IMG/VR virus record: IMGVR_UViG_3300021511_000005
Span: 32,001-96,000 of that record
Direction: 5' to 3' (one strand)
Source: a virus
DNA length: 64,000 nt
The notes below the pieces were generated by a model. The model was given only the letters and a program-made list of their open reading frames with translations. It searched no databases and was not told where the DNA came from. Shown in pieces: positions 35,519 through 44,676 of this stretch. The position numbers were made by a program, and so were the translations under genes. Position 1 is the stretch's first letter. Each line of letters opens with the position of its first letter.

Positions 35519-35854
35519 ATGGCCGGCAAGGATAGCCACGGGGCAAGCGCGGCCCGGCGCGCCAAGGCGGACGCCAAGGACAAAGCCCGGCGCTTGAAGG
35601 CGCGCGGGACCTGGACGCCGCGGAAGCCGGAACAGTTGGAGCTGCCGCTGGACCGGATCGCGCTGGAGGAGGGCGTGATCTACCATCCGTGCGAGACCGG
35701 GATGGAGCCCTGCGAGGCTTGTACCGAGTGGGCCAAGACCGCGGAGCGCGACGAGTGGGGGTACTTCATAGGTCCCAGTCCCTGCGACCTGGTTCGGCGC
35801 CGGCGGCTGGAGGCTTTTACTGCGGAACACAAGACCCGAGGAATCACACTATGA
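35519..35854 (+). CDS. hypothetical protein
   Basis: SD GGGAG; contains QLELPL. Confidence 0.55.
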   Translation: MAGKDSHGASAARRAKADAKDKARRLKARGTWTPRKPEQLELPLDRIALEEGVIYHPCETGMEPCEACTEWAKTAERDEWGYFIGPSPCDLVRRRRLEAFTAEHKTRGITL

Positions 35855-36171
35855 CTGACGAACAGATAGAAGCCCGAGCTTGGGCGTTGATCAACGAGGG
35901 GCCGCTGTTTCTGGCGAAGCAGATCGTCCGGATGGATGAGGCCCTGGTGGGTCTGATTGAGCGTGTGGACCGGCTCGAAGAGAATCAGGTTGTCCTGGAT
36001 GTGGATGACATCGAGGGCCGCCTGGGAGCGGTTGAGGCGTCCTCCGAGCGATTCGAGGATCTGCAGCTCCTGGCCTTCACCGAGACCACCGCGGACCAGT
36101 TGGAGAGCCTGGAGGGTCGCCTGGATCGCTTGGAGGAGCGGGTTCCAGACCCGGAGCTGCGGACACCATGA
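35851..36171 (+). CDS. acidic coiled-coil protein
   Basis: ATGA-coupled; RVDRLEE/RLDRLEE heptads. Confidence 0.55.
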   Translation: MTDEQIEARAWALINEGPLFLAKQIVRMDEALVGLIERVDRLEENQVVLDVDDIEGRLGAVEASSERFEDLQLLAFTETTADQLESLEGRLDRLEERVPDPELRTP

Positions 36172-36914
36172 CCGCGTTCGCGAGGGGCTCCGATCTGATT
36201 GCCAAGTCTCTGGACGTGCCCGGGGTTCGGGATGCCCGGGTCTATGAGTCTGAGCCTGGGAAGGTGGATTTGGTGGTCTGGACGTATCCCGAGTATGTCT
36301 ACCCTGGCCGTGATTCGGAAGTGATCCTGGACGAAGTCCGCAGGCAAGTATCGGGGATGATACCGATGGGAGTCTTGATCAAGGTGATCAAGGGGGAGGA
36401 CATCCCGATCCAGCTCAAGAGGGCGATGATTGGCCTCCAGGGCAACGCGGCGGTGGCTATGCCTATCCTCGATTGGGTTACTGCAGATGACTTCGCTGCG
36501 GGCCTCCTGGAGTGTGAGGACCAGGTCTTCGGGAGGAGCGGGAACTGCAATTGTCAGCTGTCATGGTTCTGGTGCGCGGCCCGCTGCGCCCAAGGATCTC
36601 CACGGGCCCGGCGCTGGCTGGGGGTGGATCTGGAGCGGTCACCGGAGAGCTACTGGCAGGATCGCCACGTCTGTCAGGCGCTGAAGAGTCCCGCGATAGA
36701 GGATATCTTTGTTCATGATATCTTTCTGGAGGCCGCTGGTTACGCACCCATCCTGAAGGTTCTCCGGATGGCCTACGCCGGCGAGGGGCTGATCCTGGAT
36801 CGGGGAGTGAGCGGGGAATGGTGGGAGCTGGTCGGACTCCGCCACCAGGCCCAGCGTCGTGTTATCCTGGAGGCCGTGTGGGGCGGTGAGGAAGACGAGT
36901 CGGACTCCCCGTGA
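36168..36914 (+). CDS. hypothetical protein, N-terminus resembling a baseplate-J-type domain
   Basis: 'SLDVPGVRDARV..PGKVDLVV...ILDEVR......PMGVLIKV'. Confidence 0.5.
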   Translation: MTAFARGSDLIAKSLDVPGVRDARVYESEPGKVDLVVWTYPEYVYPGRDSEVILDEVRRQVSGMIPMGVLIKVIKGEDIPIQLKRAMIGLQGNAAVAMPILDWVTADDFAAGLLECEDQVFGRSGNCNCQLSWFWCAARCAQGSPRARRWLGVDLERSPESYWQDRHVCQALKSPAIEDIFVHDIFLEAAGYAPILKVLRMAYAGEGLILDRGVSGEWWELVGLRHQAQRRVILEAVWGGEEDESDSP

Positions 36915-36916
36915 CC

Positions 36917-36980
36917 CCCTTGACATACTCCGCATAGCGGTCAACATACAGGGGTCCTCGAGACAACTCCGGAGGCTCCG
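36917..36980 (+). promoter_or_regulatory. repeated cassette, copy 3
   Basis: CCCTTGACATACTCCGCATAGCGGTCAACAT...GTC-CTCGA-GAC...GGAGGCTC. Confidence 0.85.
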
Positions 36981-38075
36981 ATGACCCAGACAGCTCTGAA
37001 CGTAGACCGGATTGTGACCCTCAACTGCGGCCTGGGGCGTGATTCCATCGCGATGACGGGGCTGCTGGAAGAGGGCGAGCTGGTGGTGGCGGAGCGGGTT
37101 TGGTGTTGCCGGGATTGTGGAGCTGAGATCCCCATGGTGGAGGAGCTAGCCCCGATCTGTGATTGTACCGACCCCGACGGTTGGTGTGTTCCCGCCATGA
37201 TCCAGTTGACCACCAAGATCGGCCGCCAGGACGTGGACTACGTGGTCTTTTCGGATGTTGGTCACGAGTGGGAGCATACCTACAAGCTGATCCCGACCAT
37301 CCGCGAGAAGTGCGCGGCGATGGGCGTCCGCTTCTTCGTACTGGCCAAGGGCAACGGTCGGAGCTACCCCGCGAAGCCCTCCACCTGGGCCGAGGTTGAG
37401 GCCAAGGCCGCCGCGGGCGGTTATCACGTTAGCAACAAGGGTCAGGCCCTCCCGGCCCTCATGGATGAGATGTTGTCCCGGTCCACGGTGGTCAACTTCC
37501 GCGGACAATGCACGGACAAGCACAAGATCTCCCCGATGCGCCGGCTCATCGAGGATGTGGCCCGGATCCGCTTCGGCGTTCGTGACAACCGCCGCTGGGG
37601 TCACGAGGTCCGCAAGGGTCAGCGCCGTCCCCATCTGGCAATGGTGGGTATCGCCGCGGATGAGACTCCCCGCATCAACAAGGCCGCCCAGGCTGCGGGT
37701 GTGAGCTACGTGGACGAGACCTATCCGCTGGTCACCATGGGGATCGCCAAGACGGACGAGCAGCCTATCCTGGAGCGTCACGGTCTGGGGCACGTCCGGA
37801 AGTCTGGCTGCTACCTTTGCCCCTTCCAGCCGGCGAGCTGGTACTGGGCTTTGAGCGTGACCGATGAGGTCGCCTACCAGATGGTGGTGAGCTACGAAGC
37901 TCAGGCCCTCCAGAACAATCCCAACATGCACGCCACGGCTGCCAAGAAGACCATCCCCGAGATGGTGAAGACTTGGCGAGCTGCCAACCCGAAGGCCACC
38001 GTGGGCGCTGTTCTGGCCAAGACTTACGAGATGTGCCCCGCCGCGGCTCGAACGGCCCAGCGGGTGGCGGCTTGA
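36981..38075 (+). CDS. second PAPS-reductase-like (PP-loop) protein, different subfamily
   Basis: 'CGLGRDS', 'FSDVGHE', 'QCTDKHKI', 'GIAADE..R', 'YPL', 'KSGCYLCPF'. Confidence 0.75.
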   Translation: MTQTALNVDRIVTLNCGLGRDSIAMTGLLEEGELVVAERVWCCRDCGAEIPMVEELAPICDCTDPDGWCVPAMIQLTTKIGRQDVDYVVFSDVGHEWEHTYKLIPTIREKCAAMGVRFFVLAKGNGRSYPAKPSTWAEVEAKAAAGGYHVSNKGQALPALMDEMLSRSTVVNFRGQCTDKHKISPMRRLIEDVARIRFGVRDNRRWGHEVRKGQRRPHLAMVGIAADETPRINKAAQAAGVSYVDETYPLVTMGIAKTDEQPILERHGLGHVRKSGCYLCPFQPASWYWALSVTDEVAYQMVVSYEAQALQNNPNMHATAAKKTIPEMVKTWRAANPKATVGAVLAKTYEMCPAAARTAQRVAA

Positions 38076-38134
38076 CATATTCCGCAGTGCGGTCAATATC
38101 TAGAGGTCCTCGCGACACTGACCAGGAGGCTCTG
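38071..38134 (+). promoter_or_regulatory. repeated cassette, copy 4
   Basis: CTTGACATATTCCGCAGTGCGGTCAATAT...GTC-CTCGC-GAC...GGAGGCTC. Confidence 0.85.
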
Positions 38135-38476
38135 ATGGCTCGATTGACCCAACCCCCCAAGAACCAGGCCTACGCGCAAATCACTGAGGCCATCGGTACA
38201 CGCGGCCGGTGGAACCTGTTGGGCTACGCTCGCGTGTCTCTGCTCAGTCCAACTGATCGGGAGGAGATTACGGTTCGTGTTCAGGCGAGCGCTTGCGAGG
38301 TCCCGGTGGGCCACAAGCGGCAACTCAGGCGATGCGACCTGTTCATTACGCCGGAGGAGATCGAGTGGCTCGAGCGGCAGATCGCCTATACCCAGAGCCA
38401 TGATGGGAAGGCCCCGCATCCGGGCGAGCGACCGGATTGGCCCAAGGCCGGGGACCAGCTCGGGCTGGGCGTGTGA
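38135..38476 (+). CDS. hypothetical protein ending in QLGLGV
   Basis: Starts at the cassette RBS. Confidence 0.65.
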   Translation: MARLTQPPKNQAYAQITEAIGTRGRWNLLGYARVSLLSPTDREEITVRVQASACEVPVGHKRQLRRCDLFITPEEIEWLERQIAYTQSHDGKAPHPGERPDWPKAGDQLGLGV

Positions 38477-38533
38477 CAATCGGCAGGGGCGCGGAATAGG
38501 ATCAACAGGGGCTTTGGCCCCAGGGAGGCACCG

Positions 38534-38800
38534 ATGGCGGGATCACCCAACCTGAAGGTCTACGCAGGCCGCGAGTATGTGGCGAGCTGCAAGCATATCG
38601 AGGACGCGGTGGTGATTGCGGCCGTCCGCGGCGAGGGCACCACCATCCGCTACGGGCACGGCAAGGCTGCGATCCTGTGGACGGAGGGGGCGGAGGGCCA
38701 GTCCGCTAGCGAGAGTTACGACCACGCGACGGCCGTGGTGGTCTCGCGGATGGAGGCCCACTTCGCGCTGCTGGCGCGCAGGCGGAAGGCCCGCGGCTGA
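38534..38800 (+). CDS. hypothetical phage protein
   Basis: SD GGAGG; 'KVY...EYVASCK' pattern. Confidence 0.65.
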   Translation: MAGSPNLKVYAGREYVASCKHIEDAVVIAAVRGEGTTIRYGHGKAAILWTEGAEGQSASESYDHATAVVVSRMEAHFALLARRRKARG

Positions 38801-39132
38801 TGTCCAACCCGGACCGTAACCGGATTGAGCTGCCTGGGGTAATTCTTCAACTGGGCAAGCCACGGTTGACAGCCCGGGGACGGGTCATGGTGATCCCGGC
38901 GCTGCTCTACCCGGAGCGGCCGGTTAACTTCATCAACACGACGATCACACTCGGAGGCGGAGATGCCCCTGTTGGACGACAAGGACCGGGCGACGTTGGC
39001 CTGGCTGAAGGAGGCGAAGATGACGAGGGACGGAAGGTACAACACGACGCCGGCGGTGGACCGCAAGGCGGCCAAGCTCCGGGCGGAGGGGTTGAGCTTC
39101 CGCAAGATCGCGGAGGCTCTGGGGGTCAGTGA
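38800..39132 (+). CDS. hypothetical protein
   Basis: TGATG-coupled; tail overlaps the next gene. Confidence 0.4.
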   Translation: MSNPDRNRIELPGVILQLGKPRLTARGRVMVIPALLYPERPVNFINTTITLGGGDAPVGRQGPGDVGLAEGGEDDEGRKVQHDAGGGPQGGQAPGGGVELPQDRGGSGGQ

Positions 39133-39385
39133 CAAGACGGCCAAGCAGGCCGCGGAGCGTGGCGCTAACGGTCGTCAGCTGGACGCCGAGAAGGCCAGGG
39201 GCCAGGAACTGCGGAAGCTCCTGAAGGACCGCTGGCGGAGGCTGACGGACCCGGAGATGGAGGCAATGGAGCGGCGGATGGCCGGCGATACCCAGGACGC
39301 GATCGGCGCCAAGCTGGGCATCAGCAAGCAGCGGGTGGCCCAGCTCCAGGCCCAGGCGGAGAAGAAGCTTCGGGAGGAACGATGA
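38963..39385 (+). CDS. double helix-turn-helix DNA-binding protein
   Basis: 'GLSFRKIAEALGVSDKTA' and sigma-r4-like 'TQDAIGAKLGISKQRVAQL'. Confidence 0.75.
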   Translation: MPLLDDKDRATLAWLKEAKMTRDGRYNTTPAVDRKAAKLRAEGLSFRKIAEALGVSDKTAKQAAERGANGRQLDAEKARGQELRKLLKDRWRRLTDPEMEAMERRMAGDTQDAIGAKLGISKQRVAQLQAQAEKKLREER

Positions 39386-39753
39386 CGACGGCCGAGCGAC
39401 TCAGGAAGATCTTGACGAGGCACCGTTACAGGTCCTTTGACTACTCCAACGACTTCAAGATCAAGGCGACAGACGCCCTGCTGGACAAGCTGGTGGCGGA
39501 GCTGCTGGAGGTCGTGGAGGATCAGGAGAAGAAGGTTCACGCGGCATACGCGCCTGACGTGGCCGCTTCCTTCGACAAGGTCAATCAGAGTGATTTCGTT
39601 ATCGGGCTGGTCCGCAAGGTCCGCAAATGTAATGCCTGCGGTTGTTCTAAGTGGGAACCCTACGTTCCGCTGGGGCGGTTCGGGGCGGACGGGCTCGTCT
39701 GCGCGGGCTGTGGTAACGCTATCGAGAATAGCACCATGATGGAGGAGCCCTGA
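39382..39753 (+). CDS. hypothetical protein with C-terminal zinc ribbon
   Basis: CNACG...CAGCG. Confidence 0.55.
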   Translation: MTTAERLRKILTRHRYRSFDYSNDFKIKATDALLDKLVAELLEVVEDQEKKVHAAYAPDVAASFDKVNQSDFVIGLVRKVRKCNACGCSKWEPYVPLGRFGADGLVCAGCGNAIENSTMMEEP

Positions 39754-40910
39754 TGGGCCAAGATAGACTTACCGAGGGCGGCCGGAGCATTGTGTGGAAG
39801 GCCGTGATGGACAGTTTGAACGCTCACCGGCGCCAGGGGATGGTCTTCAAGACCAAGCTGTTCTTGAAGTTCGAGCGCTGGGGCGTGGGGGTGGAGGATC
39901 TGTGGGAGCCCGGGATGCCCGACAAGCCTGGGATTCCGGAGGAGACGATCCAGGCCTTCGTTGCGGACATCGCCGCGGACGTCTGCAAGCGTGTGGAGGA
40001 GGCGCTGGACCGCATCGACCCTAGGCCAGGGCCCAACCAGGAGATCATCTGCCAGAGCTGCGGTCAGGAGTTCGTGACCACGGTGGGTGGAGCTTGCCCG
40101 AGCTGCGGACACAAGTGGGACGGGACAACGCCGGCGACAAAGGACCTGTCCGCGGCAGACCGGGCGAAGCGGGCCTGGGGCGAAGTCCAGATTGGCGGAC
40201 CTGGTGACGTGGTGGAGCCGCCGGCGATAACCGACGCCATAGAGCGCTGGAAGGCGGATCCGGAGCCCAGCATGGACGAGACGTGGACGGAGGCCGAGAG
40301 GATCTCGTGGACGGAGGCCGAGAGGATCTCCTGGGAAGCAGTGGAGCGGTTGGAGGGGAGCGGCCACACCCCCCATTGCGCGCGGAGGATGATCTGGGGA
40401 GATGGGGAGTGCGAATGCCAGCTGCCGAAGGCGAAGGCCTCCGCGATCACCTGCACCTGCCACCTGATGGACCCGGGGAAGCTCTGTGCCGTCTGCTTGG
40501 AGGACATGAATCGCCAGCTCCAGGAGACCTACCAGCCGGCCTTCCCGGACACGCAAAGTCGGATCGACGAGCTGCGGGGAGCGCTCGAGGCCGGCGCACG
40601 GTTGGCGGAGGAAGAGCCCCTTCCGGTGATGGACGACCCGATGGGTCCCGTATCGCAGGCCCCGCGACACGGGACACGACCAGGCCGGCCCCCGCGGAGC
40701 TACAAGGAGATGGCCCGAGATGAGCGAGAGGCTGCAGAGAGAGACGCTAGGGTTCTGCATGAATTGTGGGGATCCGCTGGTCCCAAGGGACCTAGAGCTG
40801 GCGGTGGTGCAGCTCCGGAAGACGATCCTCAATCAGCTGAGGAGCGTGGGCTGGACGCCGGGCTGGAGGACCGCGGACAACCTGGCCCGGACGATCCTGT
40901 CGGGGATTGA
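39753..40910 (+). CDS. mosaic Cys-rich hypothetical protein
   Basis: Several CxxC motifs; internal repeat. Confidence 0.55.
   Translation: MGQDRLTEGGRSIVWKAVMDSLNAHRRQGMVFKTKLFLKFERWGVGVEDLWEPGMPDKPGIPEETIQAFVADIAADVCKRVEEALDRIDPRPGPNQEIICQSCGQEFVTTVGGACPSCGHKWDGTTPATKDLSAADRAKRAWGEVQIGGPGDVVEPPAITDAIERWKADPEPSMDETWTEAERISWTEAERISWEAVERLEGSGHTPHCARRMIWGDGECECQLPKAKASAITCTCHLMDPGKLCAVCLEDMNRQLQETYQPAFPDTQSRIDELRGALEAGARLAEEEPLPVMDDPMGPVSQAPRHGTRPGRPPRSYKEMARDEREAAERDARVLHELWGSAGPKGPRAGGGAAPEDDPQSAEERGLDAGLEDRGQPGPDDPVGD
40282..40329 (+). repeat. 24-nt exact tandem duplication (WTEAERIS x2)
   Basis: Read directly from the sequence. Confidence 0.9.
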
Positions 40911-40953
40911 GGATTACGGGCGAGAGGAGCCTCCACCGAATTCTGACCCTTGA
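40720..40953 (+). CDS. hypothetical protein
   Basis: SD AAGGAG; ends in the cassette TGA. Confidence 0.45.
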   Translation: MSERLQRETLGFCMNCGDPLVPRDLELAVVQLRKTILNQLRSVGWTPGWRTADNLARTILSGIEDYGREEPPPNSDP

Positions 40954-41012
40954 CATGCTCCGCGGCGCGGTCATCATCTCGGTTGTCTTCGGACGCTACC
41001 TTGGAGGCTCGA
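40947..41012 (+). promoter_or_regulatory. repeated cassette, copy 5
   Basis: CCCTTGACATGCTCCGCGGCGCGGTCATCAT...GTC-TTCG-GAC...GGAGGCTC. Confidence 0.85.
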
Positions 41013-41309
41013 ATGTTCAGCAGCTACGACAACTGGAAGACCACGGACCCCCGCGACTCTGAGCGGGAGGTTGGGATGGTGGATTGCCCCGACTGTCAAG
41101 GCGAGGGCCATGGTTGCGACGAGGACGGCCCCTGGTACTGCCCGACCTGCAGCGGCGAGGGTTGGCTGTGGGAGGAAGTCCTGGAGGTCATGGAAGCGGA
41201 GGAGGAGCTGGACGCGGGTTGTCCGCGCTGTGGTGGCCTTCTCTGCAACTGCGTCAACATCGAGGCCAGTATAGAAGCCATGATGGCCGGAAAGGAAGAA
41301 GCTGCCTGA
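41013..41309 (+). CDS. small protein with DnaJ-type CxxCxGxG zinc motifs
   Basis: 'YDNWKTTDP', CPDCQGEG, CPTCSGEG. Confidence 0.65.
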   Translation: MFSSYDNWKTTDPRDSEREVGMVDCPDCQGEGHGCDEDGPWYCPTCSGEGWLWEEVLEVMEAEEELDAGCPRCGGLLCNCVNIEASIEAMMAGKEEAA

Positions 41310-41680
41310 TGGACCGCACCGATCCCCGACACGTCGCCCACGAGCTGACCCCCCTGGAGCGTGTTCTCCAGACCATGTCCTACCACACCGGCCTGGTGAT
41401 GACCGAGCCGGCCCCCAGCACCTTGAAGATGGGGCTGTCCCACGAAGACGTCTTGGTCTTGGTGGAGATCACCATCCAGCCCAGCTCCTGCGGCCCGCAG
41501 GAGGACAGCCCCCTGGGTCCCAACGTCATGGACCAGTGTTGCATCAAGGTCGAGGGGGAGGCGAAGGGCTCCTGGGTTGGGAACCGCTGTGGTGCCCGTC
41601 AGGCCCTGGCAGCGCTATACGCTCCGGTCATCGCGGCCGCAGCCGCGATGGAGTCCGAGACCGAGAGGAATGCGGCTTGA
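41309..41680 (+). CDS. hypothetical protein
   Basis: TGATG-coupled ORF. Confidence 0.55.
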   Translation: MDRTDPRHVAHELTPLERVLQTMSYHTGLVMTEPAPSTLKMGLSHEDVLVLVEITIQPSSCGPQEDSPLGPNVMDQCCIKVEGEAKGSWVGNRCGARQALAALYAPVIAAAAAMESETERNAA

Positions 41681-41859
41681 TGGATCGGGATCAGTGGAAG
41701 AGGCGCGTGGTGTCCAAGCGGGAGGCCAGGATCGCCAAGTTGGTCCGTGCTCATGGTTTCACGCGCGTATCGGATCGGAAGGTCCGCTGTCCTCATTGCG
41801 GCGCGGAGCTGACCTATAATCTGGTGCGACGTGTCCATTTGACCGGGAGGTGTGTCTGA
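41680..41859 (+). CDS. small C2H-C zinc-finger-like protein
   Basis: CPHCG...VHLTGRC. Confidence 0.5.
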   Translation: MDRDQWKRRVVSKREARIAKLVRAHGFTRVSDRKVRCPHCGAELTYNLVRRVHLTGRCV

Positions 41860-42608
41860 TGGCCAAGCCGAAACAATACCGCTGGGTCTGTCCTCAGTGT
41901 GGGGCCGGCAAGCTGGCGCCGAGCAGGCCGCGGAAGGACGACGTCCGCCGCTACTGCCTACCCTGCAGCGAGCGGACGGGGCGGTTGGTGGAGAGACTGT
42001 CTCCGGCGCTGGAGCGCCAGCGTCGGGAGAAGGAGGAGCGCCGGCGGAGCAGGGACAAGCGCAAGCGGGCGGCCAAGACCCGGGCGAGGGCTCGCAATCG
42101 CGAAGCCCGGGCGGAGTGGATCGTGGAGCGGGAGATCGCTTTGGGCTTTGCCCAGGACGGCGGGAAAGACTCCATCCACGGTTGGTTCCGCAGGCTCCGG
42201 AAGCTGAAGGCCTGGGGCTGCAAGATGAGCCACTGCAGCCTCCGGGTCCGTTACAGCGACACGGACCGTCACGCGCATCCCTGGACCAGCGGACACGCCT
42301 GGCTGGAGGAGGGCGAGATCGTGATCACGGCCGCCAAGCCCAGGGCGGGTTACCCGACGTTGCGGCAGAAGGCGGAGGTGATCCAGACTCTGCTCCACGA
42401 GCTGGCCCATCCCGCAGCCTTTGGGCGTTTCGGACACGAGGGGACTAACCACGGCCCGGAGTTCAAGCGGACACTGCTCGAGGCCGCGGAGGAGCTGACC
42501 GGTCGGGTAGCGGATGTGACCGTAGAGCACGCGACTTATGACGTGGACCAAGAGGTTGTGGATATGCTTCACCTGTGGCTGATGGAAGAGGACGCCGATG
42601 GCTGCTGA
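41859..42608 (+). CDS. SprT-like zinc metalloprotease with N-terminal zinc ribbon
   Basis: TLLHELAH...HGPEFK. Confidence 0.65.
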   Translation: MAKPKQYRWVCPQCGAGKLAPSRPRKDDVRRYCLPCSERTGRLVERLSPALERQRREKEERRRSRDKRKRAAKTRARARNREARAEWIVEREIALGFAQDGGKDSIHGWFRRLRKLKAWGCKMSHCSLRVRYSDTDRHAHPWTSGHAWLEEGEIVITAAKPRAGYPTLRQKAEVIQTLLHELAHPAAFGRFGHEGTNHGPEFKRTLLEAAEELTGRVADVTVEHATYDVDQEVVDMLHLWLMEEDADGC

Positions 42609-43245
42609 CCTAACACGGGGACAGGTGATGGACGCCCTGGAGCAGCTCATATGGGGTGGGACCGCTTCGTGGCTGGGGGAGGACCTGGCCCACGCGATGG
42701 CCATCTTTGAGGGCACCGGGCGGATCAGCGAGCGCTTGATGGAGGTGGTCCAAGATCACGTCCAGGTCCGAGAGGTTGAGCGCTTGGAGCAACAGGTGGC
42801 TCAGACTGCCCTTCGGGAGACCGCATTGGAGGCTATGAAGAAGAAGGGGCGGAAGGTTCACTGGCGGATCGCGGGTCAGCGCAAGACGGCTTGCGGGTTG
42901 GTCCTCAATCCTCAGCGCGAGCCCTACAACGCGCCGGCGGCCGATTACGATCCGGAGAAGGTCACCTGCAAGAGTTGCCTGGGATCCAGTGGGCTCCGGG
43001 AGCTGCGGTCCAAGTGGCCGCCGGTTCGTGTGTTGTCTGCGAGCTTCAGTTTGGAGGGGCCACCGGAGGGCAGGACTCGGGTCTTCAGTTATCGGCGCCG
43101 GATGACCCCGGAGGAAGTGGCGGTGGTGACGACACTTCTGGAGGAGCGAGTCCCCAGTCTACTGGAGGAGCCGGATCCCAAGATTGTCACAGCCTATCGC
43201 GCGGCCAAGGCGGCCGCGGAGAGGAGGGACGCCGATGGCAGCTAA
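42598..43245 (+). CDS. hypothetical protein
   Basis: 'VH...TACG...VTCKSC' small zinc motif. Confidence 0.55.
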   Translation: MAADLTRGQVMDALEQLIWGGTASWLGEDLAHAMAIFEGTGRISERLMEVVQDHVQVREVERLEQQVAQTALRETALEAMKKKGRKVHWRIAGQRKTACGLVLNPQREPYNAPAADYDPEKVTCKSCLGSSGLRELRSKWPPVRVLSASFSLEGPPEGRTRVFSYRRRMTPEEVAVVTTLLEERVPSLLEEPDPKIVTAYRAAKAAAERRDADGS

Positions 43246-43426
43246 GGTCTACATGTTGGAGCTGGAGAACGGGACCTATGTCTACCTGTGTCCCCAGCAC
43301 CTGAAGGATTGGCGGGTGGCTGGCGGCAAGGAGAAGGCCAAGGTGGCCACCGGCCGCGACTGCGATCACTGCGCGGCTGGCGGTGGGCCGGGCAGCTCCT
43401 GGAGCGTGCGCGATGATGACGCCTAA
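43235..43426 (+). CDS. small Cys/His protein
   Basis: LCPQH...CDHC; SD GGAGAGGAGG. Confidence 0.45.
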   Translation: MAAKVYMLELENGTYVYLCPQHLKDWRVAGGKEKAKVATGRDCDHCAAGGGPGSSWSVRDDDA

Positions 43427-44066
43427 GCGGTTGCTCCGGAACCTGCGGGACGCCAAGGCGGCCCGCAACAAGTTGGTCAAGGTCTGGCGCCACAAGGTCC
43501 AGCTCCCCGAGGGGGCGAAGGTCCAGTGTCGGGGTAAGGGTTGCGTGGGCTGCTGTTACCAATTCGTCCTGGCGGGCATCTGGGAGGGCGCGTTGATCGC
43601 TCACTATCTGCTGCACACGGAGGGCTCCCACGAGCTGATTCAGGAGTGCGCGCGGGCCGGGGACGAGCAGCTCGAGCGTGTTGGGCCCGAGTACACCCCG
43701 GACGCGATCAACGCGGTCACGGGGCCCTGGTTGGACGAGAGACACCCCTGCGTCTTCCTGAAGGATGGGGTCTGCGAGATTTATGCTCTGCGGCCTATCG
43801 CGTGCTCGAGCTACGTTGTCATCAGCGATCCGGAGGTCTGCGCCGCGGGGAGCGGGGCGGAGGTTTGCGCCGGCGACAACGCGAGCTGTTTGGCCTGGAG
43901 GCTTGAGGTGGACCGGCGGCTCGTTTCGGAGCTGCTGAGCATCAAGCGGGACGACGTGGTGGTGATGCCCTTGCCGCTGCCCCGGGCGGTGACTCTGGGC
44001 TCTCAGCTCCTGCTGGAGGGGCCAGAGGCGCTTCGTGGGATTGTCCTGGGCGAATCGAACCCTTGA
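43413..44066 (+). CDS. YkgJ/CxxCxxCC cysteine-cluster protein
   Basis: 'CRGKGCVGCC', 'CVFL.DGVCEIYALRPIAC'. Confidence 0.8.
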   Translation: MMTPKRLLRNLRDAKAARNKLVKVWRHKVQLPEGAKVQCRGKGCVGCCYQFVLAGIWEGALIAHYLLHTEGSHELIQECARAGDEQLERVGPEYTPDAINAVTGPWLDERHPCVFLKDGVCEIYALRPIACSSYVVISDPEVCAAGSGAEVCAGDNASCLAWRLEVDRRLVSELLSIKRDDVVVMPLPLPRAVTLGSQLLLEGPEALRGIVLGESNP

Positions 44067-44125
44067 CATAGTCCGCATCGTGGTCACCATATGCTCGTCT
44101 TCGGACGCAACCTCAGGAGGCTCCA
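44060..44125 (+). promoter_or_regulatory. repeated cassette, copy 6
   Basis: CCCTTGACATAGTCCGCATCGTGGTCACCAT...CGTC-TTCG-GACG...GGAGGCTC. Confidence 0.85.
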
Positions 44126-44434
44126 ATGACTAAAGTGGTGTTTGAGCGGATGGAGACGGATCCCCAGGACGGGACCACGACTTGGGAGATCCGGTTGGAG
44201 ACCGGGGGCGTGACCGAGGTGGTGGGCTCCATCCACAAGGATACGGTGTGGTGCGGCGATGGCTACCGGGCGGATACCTATCATGTCGAGGTGGACCGGG
44301 ATCAGTGGGACGATTCGCGGGAGAAGACGTTCCAGGTCTGCAATATTTGGAGCCGCGGTCGTGGAACGTCGGCGCGGACTGCGATGGCCGAGGCGAAGGC
44401 CTGGGCACGCGAACAGCTCAAGGAGGGCCTCTAG
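44126..44434 (+). CDS. hypothetical protein
   Basis: Starts at the cassette RBS. Confidence 0.65.
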   Translation: MTKVVFERMETDPQDGTTTWEIRLETGGVTEVVGSIHKDTVWCGDGYRADTYHVEVDRDQWDDSREKTFQVCNIWSRGRGTSARTAMAEAKAWAREQLKEGL

Positions 44435-44676
44435 TGGCTCGCAACTCAGACGGCACGTTTGCCAGCAAGCAGCACCTGGATCGCTTCGACCATCAGCGGC
44501 AGCTCCAGATGAAGCTCCGCGAGGTCTTGACCACCGCCGCGGACAAGTTGGATCCCCAGGACGCGCTGTGGGGTGTCAAGGTGATGCGGGAGCGGCCGGA
44601 CTGGGCCGTCCCAGTGATCGAGCGTATCGAGGCCGAGCTGGCCGTTGACCGTCTAACTGGAGGCTGCAATGGTTGA
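44434..44676 (+). CDS. hypothetical protein
   Basis: TAGTG-coupled ORF. Confidence 0.5.
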   Translation: MARNSDGTFASKQHLDRFDHQRQLQMKLREVLTTAADKLDPQDALWGVKVMRERPDWAVPVIERIEAELAVDRLTGGCNG

